Assembly (NCBI GenBank): GCA_001662655.1 | Contig: KV460246.1 | Reading direction: 5' to 3' (one strand) | DNA: 64,000 nucleotides | DNA from: Pseudogymnoascus verrucosus | Taxonomy: Eukaryota | Part shown: piece after piece, positions 24,136 to 37,269 of the stretch | How positions within the stretch are numbered: the stretch's first letter is position 1 | Layout of the letters: the number at the start of each line of letters is the position of its first letter | Notes under the pieces: model-generated | Database searches by the model: none | The model's input: the letters and a program-made list of their open reading frames with translations, nothing else | Told to the model about the DNA's origin: nothing | Made by a program: the position numbers and the translations under genes

Positions 24136-25115
24136 CTACTCCCCCTTCTTCTGATTCTCGAAAGGCAACCCTGCCTCTTGTCTCACAGCGCCATAAATCG
24201 CCGCTATATCCCCCTTCTCCCCGCTATACTCCTTCACCTTCACCAAATGCCTATCCGCTGTCTCTACATTCTCTAACCGAGTTCCTGCCGTTTCCGCCAG
24301 GTTCATCGCATGCCTCGCATCCTTCCTCGCTAAATCAACGGCAAACAGAGGCTCCTCGCGCGTGTAGTATACGCCAGTCATCATGCGGTTTGAATAGTCT
24401 GTATAGACACCTGGAAAGATCGCCTCGATGAATTTATGTAGCTGCTCAGATCCCAGCCCCGACTTCTCAGCCAGCACGTGACCCTCTGAGAGCTGTTCGA
24501 CCATGTTGACAATGAAGGTGTTCCCGATGATCTTGAGAGTCGACGCAGACTCGTAGGGCTTATCGGAGAGGTCGATGACGGCACGGCCAACGGCGTGGGC
24601 AATGGGGAGGGCGAGCTTGACAGAGGAGCGCGGGCCGGCCGGGACGCAGATGAGGGCTCCTGCATCTGCCATTGCTGGCGCTCCAAAGACAGGCATGGCG
24701 ACGAACTTGTGGCCTGCGGCTGTGACGAGAGACGAGATGGAAGCAGTGGTAGAGGGGTGGACTGTAGAGCAGTCTATGAAGAGAGTTGGGGATGGGGAAT
24801 ATGAGAGGATGGACTCGATGGTGGCCAGGATGGCAGCATCGTCAGCAACGCATGTGATTATGATAGAAGCTGCGGAGACCTCTTCAAGAGTGGCCACGGG
24901 GGCGACTTTGGAAGATGGGAGTGTGGCAGCGAAGGATTGGGTGCGAGCAAATGTGCGGTTGTTGATTATGAGGGGTGATTGAAGCGGATATTTCTCGACG
25001 ATGTTGCGGACCATGCCCTGGCTGGGGCGTTAGAATTTCTGTGTTTCTCTATGAGGATGAGAGAACCTACCCGGCCCATATTCCCGAGTCCAACCCAGGC
25101 AACTTGTTCGGTCAT
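24136..25115 (-). CDS. beta-hydroxyacid dehydrogenase (6-phosphogluconate / 3-hydroxyisobutyrate dehydrogenase family), 2 exons
   Basis: VAWVGLGNMGRGM, NRT, FIDCSTVHP, PVFGAP, LKIIGN, FAVDLARKDARHA. Confidence 0.87.
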
Positions 25116-25639
25116 GATGGGCGTTATTTGCTGAATTGCAAACTATGGGGATTGATGAGGGGTTTACAGAGAACAGTGCGGGGCTACAGTACTCGGGGGA
25201 TCGAAGTGATTATGATGACACAATGCTTAGTACTCGAAGTATGTCATGTGACCTAAGGAACAGCAACTCTCCAGCTTATATGTCCCAACCGACTCTAGGA
25301 TCCATAATGTTGTTATTAGTATATGAACTGAAGACAATGGTTATAACTTACATTTAAATTGGTTTGTTGCGACATATTTGCAATGGGTTAATAATGGCAT
25401 CTAACACAGCCTACAGCGTATGCTGTGGTGTACAGTGACTAAGCAAAAAGGGGTTCCCGCTTGATCGCATAAGTCGGTTATAAGAGACACCGATATCGGG
25501 ATTTTGGATGTTTCATAGGGATTAATTAAGCTAATAATGAGCACTTGAAACAGCTATTAAAATAAGGAGACGGAGATATTCCCAGAACCCCATTCCACTC
25601 AAGATCGACTTTGGTTTCCCACCAAGCAAGCACAAGCCA

Positions 25640-27816
25640 TCATACATCAGCTTCCTTGTCCCTGCCGACAATCACATCGCTGCTGTGATTATTCCCAAAT
25701 GCTGTATCACCATCGAATATAAACGCCACCTCCTCAAGGGTCTTCCCCTTGGTTTCAGGGAAAAAGAAAAAGACGAGGACTACTTCCACAGCAAGGACAC
25801 AGATGTATACGATGTAGTATCTCCAGGAAATAGCCTCCATGGCCACGGGATTTGCGTAGCCGTTAAAGATCAGCACGCAAGTTGCTGCGATTTGCATGAT
25901 ATTAACCCCTTTCTGATCGTTTCGTTAAGAGTTAGCGAAGCTCTAATTCACTGTATCAAAATTTGTGAGGATAGACTTACAGCCCGGAGGTGCGTTGGGA
26001 GGATTTCGCAGACATATAACCAAGGCGGGCCATTCAACCCCATGTTGTAGAAGAGGTAGAAGAAGAAGATCATTGAGATAACGCCGCTGCCGAGAGAAGT
26101 GTCTGCGAAGCCACGTTGCTCATTGATTGCTGAAAGCACCGTCCAGATAATGAAAGACCCTAGCATACCGACAGTGGAGATTAGGAACAAACGGCGTCGT
26201 CCCGCTATCTCCACAAATGATGCTAGTATGATGGAGATGCCGAAGTTGTAAACCATGAGCCCACCGTTGATACGGAGCTGCGCTGGTGCAGAGGTGTATC
26301 CAATCGAATCAAGAATCAAATGGAGATAGTAAGAGACGAGCCCGTTTCCGCTTAACTGCATCATCACAGGCACGATCTGTCGTCGAAGAATACCTGTTAG
26401 TATGGGTTAAAAGTAGGGGAGCTATGGGGATATATTTGAAGAAGGGGGTCCCTCGGCGTGGGGGTTAAAAAATAAGGCCTCTTAGCATGGAATTAAAGAA
26501 GAAGACCCGTAGGAATGATCTGGTATCGGAGATAACAAGAAGATAACTTACACAGATGAGGAACAGGCGGTGCCTGTTGCCCTTAGTCCTCCAGAATTCC
26601 AAATAGCCTGTTCCAGATATGTTCTTTGACTCCTCAATCTGTAGCGTGATTTCTTTCATCTCAAACTCCACAAGAGGCGAGGCCTCGTCTCCACCGGCGT
26701 GGTATTTCACAAGGACTTTTCGTGCCTCGTCATGTTTTCCCTTCAGAATTAGGTATCTCGGAGACTCGGGAAGTAGGTAAACGAAGAGAACTTGGATAAG
26801 TGGCATGAATCCTTGGAGTATTGAGGGGATTCGCCACGCCCACGAGTTGTTATGCCCCATCCAATATCTATAAAATGTTAGTAAACTATGCAATAAGAGA
26901 ATAAAAGGCGAACATACGTTCCGTACGTGACCCACGCTGCCACTATCGCGCCTAGATACCAGAGGTTGTTGTAATATGCCGTTATAACTGGGCGGTGCGT
27001 TGGGTAAGCCAGCTCACTGATGAGCAAAGGAGACGGTTCCACGGCGATTAGACCTCCAAAACCGATTATCATTCGTGAAGCGAGGAACATTCCGTAGTTC
27101 TGAGCCGCCCCCTGGAGAATGGCACCAAAGACAAGCAGTGCAGAGCCCAAAAAGATTGGGAACCGTCTCCCTGTGTGATCACATAGCCACGGCACAACTG
27201 GGAAGGCGAGAATTTGTCCGAAGATGGTGCCGTTTGCGAGGGAACCTAGCCGGGTTCCTGTGGGAGAGCCGAAGTAATTCTGCCATTGGTCCATTGATTG
27301 TAAACCTATAGGAAAATAATTAGAAATGTAATAGCTGATGGTACTCATGCGGCCTAAAAGTCCGAAGTAGGGGCTGTCTGGGACTGAGAATTGATTCTAG
27401 TTAAAATATGACAATTGTAGCCCTGAGTGATTAAGCGCATTTGCTTCAATCGCAGTAGCTGTAAATACTCGCTGGCATGATAGTGTAGCTGTGAGCACCA
27501 GCCAGTATCATGGCAGCTGTAAATGCTCGCCGACATGATAGCAGCTATGAACCCTCGTTGGATGTACACTCCTCGTTCGGACGTTTGGGCGGTATGAGGA
27601 ACTCAGCAACTCACCGTTTAACATAGAACCATCGTAACCATTAGTTGTACTCGAGAGGGCGGGGATTATCATGGCCAGGTTGAGAAGTATGAGATGTCGT
27701 TGCTTGTACCACGGCGGGGAGTCTTTAGGAAGCACATCGCGAAGATTCCAGTCGCTGGGAATTGCCTTGTCCTCGGTGACCTGCGTCGCAGATTTCTCGT
27801 TGATTTCTTCGGCCAT
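25640..27816 (-). CDS. MFS sugar porter, lactose-permease/cellodextrin-transporter-like, multi-exon
   Basis: SSTTNGYDGSMLNGLQ, DHTGRR, LLISELAYPTHR, WRIPSILQ, PESPR, QLSGNGLVSYY, EILPTHLRA, FPETKGKTLEE. Confidence 0.9.
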
Positions 27817-28591
27817 GTTGTCGGTAGCACAGGCGCTGCGAGGCGTGTTGCCTTGTTCAGGTCTTGGCGACAGCAGACGAGAGAAGATCGATCGTCGGTC
27901 TGTTGATCTGGTTCTGGAATATCGGTGACCCACGTTGTGGTTATATACTCTGCAGAAATCCAATACGTGCTTCGGCAAAAAAGATGCCCACGAGGGTAGC
28001 ACAGAGCTGTCAAGTGCGTTGATCTGTCAATTGCGGGCCGTTTGTCCCCCTTTATTCCCCGCACCCCGCATACTCGAGCAGCTTTCGGCCCTACTCTATA
28101 GGTGGCTGTTGCTTCCCCGCAAGTCGGGGAGTCCCTTACTTTGAATTATCTGTGGGACAAGTGGGATTGCTGTCACAGTCCGAGATTCCGCGAACGAGAA
28201 ATCACACAGGACGCGCAAGGGTAGCTCCAGGATGGGATTGGGAGAAACACGCCTATCCCGTACTAATCAGAATAGGGCCTTTTCCTCCGAGTTTGCCGAG
28301 TTGCAGCCCAGAGTTTCAGTGATACGCCTTGCTTAAATAGGAAGCTGCCCCGATAGAAGGCGGGGGGTGTGGCGCTAGAACTGCCACAGTAGGACCCCAG
28401 TAGCACCGGCACTGTTTTGTCCGCAACTCCGCTGATTATATGTAGGGAAAGGCTTGCCATTTCTTGTGTCTAAGAACAATCACGACCAACCACGTGGAAC
28501 CCATCGACTAACACGCTACCGATACGCTGTGGGTAGCGGATAGCGACACTCAGCGCTCGCGCTCGCGCTAGTCGAATCGAAAACCGAAACT

Positions 28592-30719
28592 ATGGAGATG
28601 GAGTATATTGTCCACCCAAGTGATATCCAGGAATCCCCGGGCACCACGCAGATCCAGACCCAGCCCAAGACACCGACCCTGTCCCTTGCCTCGTCAAACC
28701 CTAAATCTGACTCTCATCAGCCTACTAGCCCCGCTGCTGTAGCTACGAAGCCGCCGCGGAAGCGCCAACACTCCAGGGCTGAGGCCGCGTATCCGCGAAA
28801 ACGTGCGATACAGGCATGCCGGACATGTCGCCTGCGTCGCACTAAATGTGATAATTCGCGACCAGCATGCGGAAAGTGCGCGGGCTTAGGGGTAGAATGC
28901 ATCTATCAGGAAAATGATCACTCCACGTATGTACATACAGGAGAGTCTGGTGCGGGCCTATTTTGACTTGGATGCAGGTTTGATCCAGCCAGTTTGACCA
29001 TCCTTCAGCGGCTGGATGACTTGGAAGAGCTTCTCCGGAAAAATGTTACGACTGTTTCTCAAGACCAGAATGATAGCCTGACCTCCCCCTCCGTGTCCCT
29101 GTCCATCCCCAAGACCCCTGCTCCTGCGTCACTAGAGAGGCCTGCGGAATGGCGGCCATCTTATATCAACATAGAAACTGTTCTCACTTGGCCTGTCTTC
29201 GATGACCAGAACTTCGATGAGAGGCTGGATTTGAGGTCTCTCCTCCGATCAGACAAGAGCAATGCCGCTTCACCGACTTTACCTATTCCTGCAGATTTCG
29301 GACTCTATGCGGCTGGCCAGTTGCTACAACAATTCTTGGATAATGTTCACATTTTCAATCCTATTCTCGAGGAAGCTAAAGTGCGGGAGTATATGAGAGC
29401 AGCGAGCTTCAATGGACTCGGATGGGACGCACAGTCGTGCTTACTGGTAACTAAATCGCCGAATCCTGACGGGAGACAAGTGGGCTTACACTAGTAGCTT
29501 CTGATCTACGCTCTTGGTTCCATAGCAGACCCATACGGGAATTTACCCAAGATCACGGCTTCAGGCTTTCGGCAGTCACCCGAGTTCCTTCAGGCGGAGT
29601 CCTTCTTCTTTGCAGCTCAGAACCGGATGGGTATGCTGCTATGTGGTAGCGGCGTCATAGAAGCACAATGCTTTTTCCTTGCTGGCGTCTATCTCATGGC
29701 AACTTTACGACCAATTGAGGCATGGAAGATGTTTGTTCAGGCCCTGGCGTGTTGTCAAGCTTTCTCTCCACACCTCTCCGTCCGGGACGCTCGAACTGAA
29801 GAAGAGTCCAGAATGGAGCAAAGCATTTACTGGACGTGCTTCAAGTCTGAATTGTAGGCCCTCCCACTACAGCCACTGAGAGCAAACTTGTTCTAACGGA
29901 GTCCGTAACAGAGAGCTTCGATTGGAGCTAAATGTATCTGAGAAGAGCGTGTGGGACTTGACATATCCCGCCCTCTTCCCGTCACCCCCGGAAGGACTAA
30001 AGTCTCAAGGCGAAGCGATGTGGTTCTTCTATTTGGCCGAGATAGCCTTACGCCGCCTAGGTAATCGCATACTAAACTACATCTACCGATACGACTCCTC
30101 CGTCGACTCAGACTCCAACATCGAAGACGCAATCCTCGATTTCGAAGGCCAAGCAGACGGCTGGTATGTCTTCCATCTCAACCCTTTTATTCACTGTAAC
30201 CCTCACTAACCCCCCCTTCCTAGGATCCAATCCCTCCCTGCAGCCCTTTCTCTCGAAACCACCAACCCAGAGCACAAGCAATACGCCGCCCTTCGCTTTA
30301 TCCTCCACGGCCATCTCCTAGACTGCAACGAGATGATGTACTGGCACTTTGTTGTTGACGCTGTGCACGGCCGCGCTCGCGGTAGCTCCACCGAGGCTTT
30401 CGTGCGCAAGGGCCTGCAGGTGTGCGTACAGCGCGTCGAGATCAACGAGGATGGGTTCTACCACCGGCACCACGGGACGTGGCTTATGTTACGGTCATGC
30501 ACGCGTAGTGCGCTTGTGCTTCTGGCGACGGCGAGATGTGCGGACCTGGCACCGCTGATGCCAGAGGGATGGGAAAAGGCTGTGGCGAAGGTGATGGCTA
30601 TGTTAGGGTTTTGGAAGGGGGAGTCGAGGGATGTGATGGATCGATTGCAGATCTTGGAGACGCTGGCGGGGTTTGTGGCACCGGGAATTTTGAAGAACCA
30701 CGTATATAGCCCTGAGTGA
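28592..30719 (+). CDS. Zn(II)2Cys6 transcription factor resembling the CLR-1/ClrA family, multi-exon
   Basis: YPRKRAIQACRTCRLRRTKCDNSRPACGKC..C, FDPASLTILQRL, IYWTCFKSE, WFFYLAEIALRRL, HRHHGTWLMLRSC. Confidence 0.88.
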
Positions 30720-30840
30720 TTGAGCGCCTTTATTTTTAATCACAGTTATTATGCACACCGATTGCTATCCGCAGTGTCATGAATACGTTAAATTGAATCC
30801 TATGGTTCGTAAAGCTACCTATATGCCCCTTACTCTACCT

Positions 30841-33513
30841 CTATAGTCCCCGCCACCATTTCGACTCTTCAATCTCAAAGCTTGCCTTCAGCGGCGTCTC
30901 TGCACTAGTCGTCCCCACCAAAACATCGTACGTATCCTTCTCCGAGACCCATGTATCCCTCTCCTCGTCCCAGTAGCTAGTAGCATACTTCGTCTCGATA
31001 GTGACTGTGACGACCTTCGACTGTCCAGCCGCAATATTCTCCTTTGTGAATCCCTTGAGTTCCTTCAGGGGTCTCTTGACACAAGGAGCACGCTGCGCGA
31101 TGTACACCTGCACGACCTCTGACCCATCTCTGTCACCAGTATTCTCAACGAGCACTTGCACAGTTAAGTTTGTCCCGTCGTTGGTAACCGCAAGTTCGGA
31201 GAGGCGGAAGGTGGTGTACGAGAGACCGTGTCCGAATGGGAACTGTGTGGCCTTCAGGGTTGCTTCGTAGAAGCGGTATCCTACGTAGATATCCTCGCCG
31301 TACAGGACGCGGCCATGCGATGATCGGTAGTTGAGGAAGGCGGGGTTATCTTCGTTTCTAACGGGGAACGACAGCGGCAGCTTTCCTGATGGGTTAACAT
31401 CTCCGAACAGCACATCAGCGATGGCGTTGCCAGTCTCGTTGCCACCATACCACGCTTGCGCCAAACTCGAGACTTTGTCGGCCCACGGCATCCGGACTGG
31501 GCATCCAGACTGGATAACGACGACTGTGTTAGGGTTGGCATCTGCAACCGCAGAAATCAGGTCATTCGTGCGGCCGGGAAGATCCATGTGCTCCCGATCA
31601 TGTCCCTCTTGCTCCCAGTCCTTGTTAAGGCCAGCGCAGATCACGACTTGATCGACGCTCTTGGCTAACGCTACTGCCTTCTCAATCTCCTCTGTTGGGT
31701 CAATCACTTTGGCGCCACCGATTCTTATCCCACCGCCTCCAAACGATACAACGCCGTCAGAATCTGAGAGCTTGGAGGTGACGCCACTGGCGTATTCGAC
31801 TTTGATTTTATAAGTCTGCCCAGCCTTGAGGTTCTTCACGCCCACTTCTTCTACTGTACCGACATTAAAGAAGCTTCCACCGCTTCGCTGCACCGTTTCA
31901 TTATCAATCAGAAGTTCGTCGTCCAAGAAAAGTTTGCCGGTTCCGTGGACTGTCAGGCCAAATTCAAAGTCTCCGTCCTCATCTGGAGTGAAGAAGCCTT
32001 CAACCTCTGTCCAGTAGAGATCTTCCGTGAGTTTCGGGTGGTAATAATCGACGAGATACATGTAAGTATCAGCAAGGTGGATGACATCGACCGGCTCTCG
32101 GTCACTGACTTCAACGGGGTCGGTAAAGGCTTTAAATGTGACACCAACTTTTCCATCCGCTGTTTTCAGATTCTGACCAAGCAGTGGGAGGAGGACGTGA
32201 GAGTAGCACCCCACCGAGTATTTTGTTTCACTTGCCTTTGCCGCAATCCCATCGAACGGCGTTGTAGCGTAGTATGGGAGTAGCGTAGCTGAGCCACCAC
32301 CACAGTAAGCTGCTATCTTCGCATTTGGACCAATAACGGCGACCTAAAATTAAGTAAGCATTAGAAGCGGTCGCTTGCGGAAAGATAGCAACAAAGCCGA
32401 TGACTTACTGTCTTAGACTTATCCAATGGGAGTGCCTTGTTGTCATTCTTGAGTAAAACAATGCTTTCCCCGCCAATTTTCCTTAGGAGTGCTGATGTCT
32501 CTGGGGTATCTCTCGATCCCTCTGGGGCATTCCCAGGGACTCCGGTTTTTGCAACTCGGCTCACGAGCCGTAGAACTTCGCGGACTCTCGCATCCAGAGT
32601 TTGCTTTGAGATCTTATTGGCCATAAGAGCATGATTCACCAACTGTCCTCGCCATCTCGACGGACCAGGCATTTCCAAATCTAAACCTGCGTTCATCGCC
32701 TCGCTTGTTGAGTATGTCCCGTACCTATTGATATATGATGAGTTTCAATGAAGCTACACGCGATATTCTTTGAATATCTGGGAAGATGACTTACCAGTCG
32801 CTCATGATTAGTCCCTCCCATCCCCATTCCTTCCTCAGAATATCATCCAGGATGCGAGGATTCTCACTAACATGTGTCCCGCCGAGCTTGTTGTATGAAC
32901 TCATAAACGAACCAGGCTTTGAATCTCTAACAGCAATCTGGAAGGGAAGCAAATATATCTCTCTCAGTGCTCTCTCAGTAATTATTGAGTCAACCGCCAT
33001 CCTCTGGTGCTCCTGGTCGTTGGCGATAAAATGCTTGATTGAAGCAACGACACCGGTCTCTTGGATTCCGTTAACTATGGCGGCAGCAGAGCTTCCTGCG
33101 AGCACGGGGTCCTCTGAGAATGACTCAAATCCCCTTCCTCCAAGTGGGCTTCTCTGCATATTCACTGTAGGTCCTAAAATCACGTGCGCGCCTTTCGCAA
33201 TGGTTTCCTTGCCCATCAGAGTACCTGCCTCCTGGAGCAGTGGGACATTCCATGTTGCACCAAGCGCGGTACCACATGGGAGACAGGCTGCTGGCACGCC
33301 GTTGAAGAATCGAGTTCCTCTGACGCCGTTGGGCCCGTCAGTAAACCGAAGTGAGGGGATTCCATGCTTTGGAATTGCCTTTGTGTGCCAAAAATCAATT
33401 CCAGCCAAGAGATCAACTTTCTCACTTGTACTAAGCTTCGCGAGTACCGCCTCAATGTCGAGGGTTTCAATCGGCGACGGTGGCGTCGGTGGTTCTGTGT
33501 TTTCTTGAGCCAT
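30841..33513 (-). CDS. Intracellular GH3 beta-glucosidase with PA14 and FnIII domains, 3 exons
   Basis: [39 protein letters not shown] (nucleophile Asp), [34 protein letters not shown]; no signal peptide. Confidence 0.93.
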
Positions 33514-34650
33514 TCTGTATAGTAATTATTGCCCGTAGGATTGATTTATGTATTTTAAGAAGGAGAAAGGGCCATTGAAGTACGATATTTATTCCCCCAC
33601 GAGCTGGAACTTCTCCGGCCTTAGTTTCGGCGTGTTATATTCAACCCCGCCACAGGGCCGATCCACCGATACCGCGGAGTTTCGGATGCTGCGTTGGAGT
33701 GCCATTTGTAGCGTTGTCCCCACACCATTTATAACTAAAAATTGAAGGAATGACCACTGAGTGGTGTGATGACAGCCCCGGGATTTGAGCGAGACAAACA
33801 AATGCGACGCGCCTCGTCCTTTCGGCGATGCCAGCTTCCATATTTACTTAGTGCGGATCTACCCCACGGTTCCGATGTTTCCCCAATCGGTAATCATCGT
33901 CACCAGCCCGTCCCATGAGGCGTTTCATCTCATGCACATCCCAGTGAGAAACCCATACTGACTTTGGATTTGACAGCAACAGGTAGCATGGATGGAGAGG
34001 ATAGGCAGTCCAAAAGTAGAACTGCAGAATAGTAGCTGTAATGGATGGATGGAAGGACAGATACGAGCGGAGATTGCTCCAGCCCATTATGTATGATTAC
34101 ATAAGCGCATAGGGTAGAAGAAGCCCGGAAGCAGCCCGGTTTCGGGGACTATGAGTAAATTGTAGCACACAATCTGTAGCGTATAACATATAATACCCAT
34201 CTTTTAATGATATGAACATGTTGCCTTCGACGGATGACCGAGATTGTTCATTGTAGCGGAGTCATCGTCGCTGTCTTTGGTCAGTACCGACTGTCTTTGT
34301 TAAATCCTCTCCTTCCACATTGGTCCCGACTCCATATTTCGGAACTTGATCACCAATAGCCACCTATATGATACGTTTTACGCCTTGCTTCATGTGGTGA
34401 TCCATGGGTCTTTGCAGTGCGGACACTACTTCGTAACGTTATCGGTAAACACCCTCTTCATGGGCGGCTAACAGAACCTCTTCTTTTTTCCTTAGTTTAC
34501 ATATATCAGGATGAGATATTTCCCAATTTCTAGTTGGTATGGTTGTTATATAACACAATTAATAAAACTAGTAGTCACATTCAGTGATAATAAAAGCGCA
34601 GCCGGCCGGAGTCCGGTGGGAAAGGACTCACTATCGGGATTAAAGCTATC

Positions 34651-34946
34651 TGTAAGAACACAGGGAATACGGCTCTCTGTAGGTGCATGTAGGAGTGCGA
34701 GTTGGAGGTAATGCTGTATTCTATCCTATAGGTCTACTACGAAGGATACAAAAAAGATGAAGGTATAACCCTCTATTCCTGTTTCCTTAAATACCTGAAA
34801 CCCCGACTCTGCTAACTCCCTGTTTGCCTAAGGCTTCCTTGCGCTGCGTGCCTTAGGCTTGCAGTCGCGATTAAACCGTAACGGCCCGAGTCTCGAGGGC
34901 GCCACGTGACGGCCGTAACTAACCTGAGTAAGGAGGCATCCATACA
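34651..34946. mobile_element. Solo LTR (~296 bp) with 5-bp TSD CTATC
   Basis: TGTA...TACA termini; CTATC at 34646-34650 and 34947-34951; internal hairpin gcctaaggc..gccttaggc and CACGTGA. Confidence 0.75.
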
Positions 34947-36056
34947 CTATCGAGATTAAAGCTACCGACATTGCATTTCTGTTGGACGAGTATCGGTGGC
35001 AATACCACGAGGGCTTACCAGAGGCATCATTTTAACGAATCACATAGTGTGTCGAAATTAATGGCGATGGTTGCATACTTACTCCACGGGACAGTCCCCC
35101 TGCCACACCAAAGTCTCGGCCCGGTCCCTATAGTACTTTAGCTGCCGCATGCTGCATAACGCTTACAATTGATAGTTCTTCAGCTTCTCGTTCATCATTA
35201 ACTACTAGTCTTTACATCTCAGCCTTATGTGTGAGTTGTGATAAAGACTCCGAAGTTGCTCGTGGCTCAACACCCCTGAAATATGCGCTATGGTGGGTCT
35301 CGAAAAGAGGAAGAATGGGTCCGAGAAGACTAGGATCCGTTTCAGACCCCATTTAAGTCTAAATGAAAAGCATGGGGCATTCTATGAGTAGGACGCATTC
35401 CGATTAGCTAGGGAATCTCTTAACCGCAACTTGCCCTTTAATAGCGGCGATTACTGAGACCCGCGGGTGCATCCCAATTCTCAGATACACCAGGTCAGCC
35501 CAGCCCCCCAATAAGAATGTGCGGTTCTGATATTGGATGCAAGCACTGCGATGACAGCCTCGCGCCCCGCATCTTTATTGGTATATGCAATATAAGTTTC
35601 GCCATTTAATTACCATCTGATTATAACCGAGGTATAGATACTGAGGCCATGCACCGGGTATCCTCTTCGAGCATTCAACAGACATGGAGCATTTCACCCG
35701 ATTGCTTAACCATCTTGGCAAAAACCACCTACCCAACCAGCTGCCAATGCGAGTGCCTCCTCTGGCCAGACCGAATGATAGACACCGACCCGTTAGAATG
35801 TAAGGCTTGTCCACGGGGATCACCAGGGCGGATGCTGTAATCGACCTGCATTGCGTTGCAGCTAAATATTGAATTCGAAAAGGGTGGGGTGGAATAAGCT
35901 TACGGCTAAGAGCTTAACGGTTCTCATCGCTGTGTATATGAACAGAGCATATAAAAGGCCCAGATTCTCTCATCGCCGACTTCGACTATAGTCTCTGTGA
36001 AGAACTGCACGGACTACAAAACACATCCATCATCAACAATTCAAGCCTCATACAAA

Positions 36057-36769
36057 ATGAAGCTCTCCCTACTCACCCTCTCATCCCTCATCCTCGCAAC
36101 CACAGCAACCCCAGTATCTCTCGACTTCCCCTCAGGCGACGCCCCCCTCGAGAAACGCGCCACGGAGACTGTCTACCTCTCAAACTGCAACGTATTTGGA
36201 ACTCCGTTTTACTCCCAGATGAACGTTCGTTATCCCCCTCCCCCTTCTTCCATTTCCATTTCCATTTCCTTCCCCACCTCCCACCTCCCACCTCCCACCC
36301 CACCCCCTTTTCATCCCCCAACTCCGCTCCGACTCACCCGCTAAACACAACACTAGTACTACTCCAACGGGGCCAACTCGCAAAACGGCGAGCAACCCGA
36401 TGACACCTGCTACCTCGACCTCTCCGGCTACGTGAACTGGGAGGGCAACGCCATTAGCGGCACTTTCAGCGGTGGTACGACATTCACCTCTCACATCGAC
36501 TCTACTGCTCAGAGTCGCGCGTTGTATAGTTACTCCGGGTACGTCCTCCCTAAAGTGGATGAAAACCTAAGTCGGGTCTCATGCTAATGTATATCAGGTG
36601 GGGAACAAATACTTATCATAACTTCAACTGTTATAAAGATAACTATCGCCTTCTTTACTCGTTTGGGTCTTACCCTGTTAAGTGCTATAGTATTTACTAT
36701 TGCCTCCCTGTACGGCTCTTCCTTCATCCCGGAAAACATGGGCTTGCTGATGTGGATATATAGGCATAA
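36057..36769 (+). CDS. Small secreted protein (~155 aa) with a Kex2-type prodomain, 4 exons
   Basis: Signal MKLSLLTLSSLILATTA, LEKR site; exons 36057-36224, 36357-36538, 36598-36709, 36764-36769; WEG..GTF and FNCYKDNYRLLY..CYSIYYC; TATA box at ~35950. Confidence 0.82.
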
Positions 36770-37269
36770 ATTACGAACGGAGATTCTGTGCAGACTTGCC
36801 TAAAGGTAGGACGCTGAAACTCGTATTGGCGAGTTCAGTAACCATGAAAGGGATGGTTGTGGAGAGATGCCCAAGTAACAAAGGGGAAGAAGGGGTATTA
36901 ACGAAATTATAGATCGGATAGTATCTATAGCGCAGAAATATCATATAAGTTATCGACAGCTCCAAGTTTGACTATCCATCTTCCGCCTTTTATGTATTAG
37001 ATTATATATCAAGCAAGTTATGATCCGTGGACACATCCATTTGCCAAATGGAGATCAGCAGACATTGTGCTGCCTAACACGTTTGATTTCCTATCTCTAC
37101 ACAGACAATTTACGAAACTTCTCTTGACAAACCTTATACCATAATCTCTACTATCAATCAATACTCCTACAACCACCCCATTAGTACTCACAGAAGGTAA
37201 TACAATCCCACAAGCAACGCCCCTCCCTCCAAAACAACTCCCAGCCACCTCAACACCCCACCCCCCACA

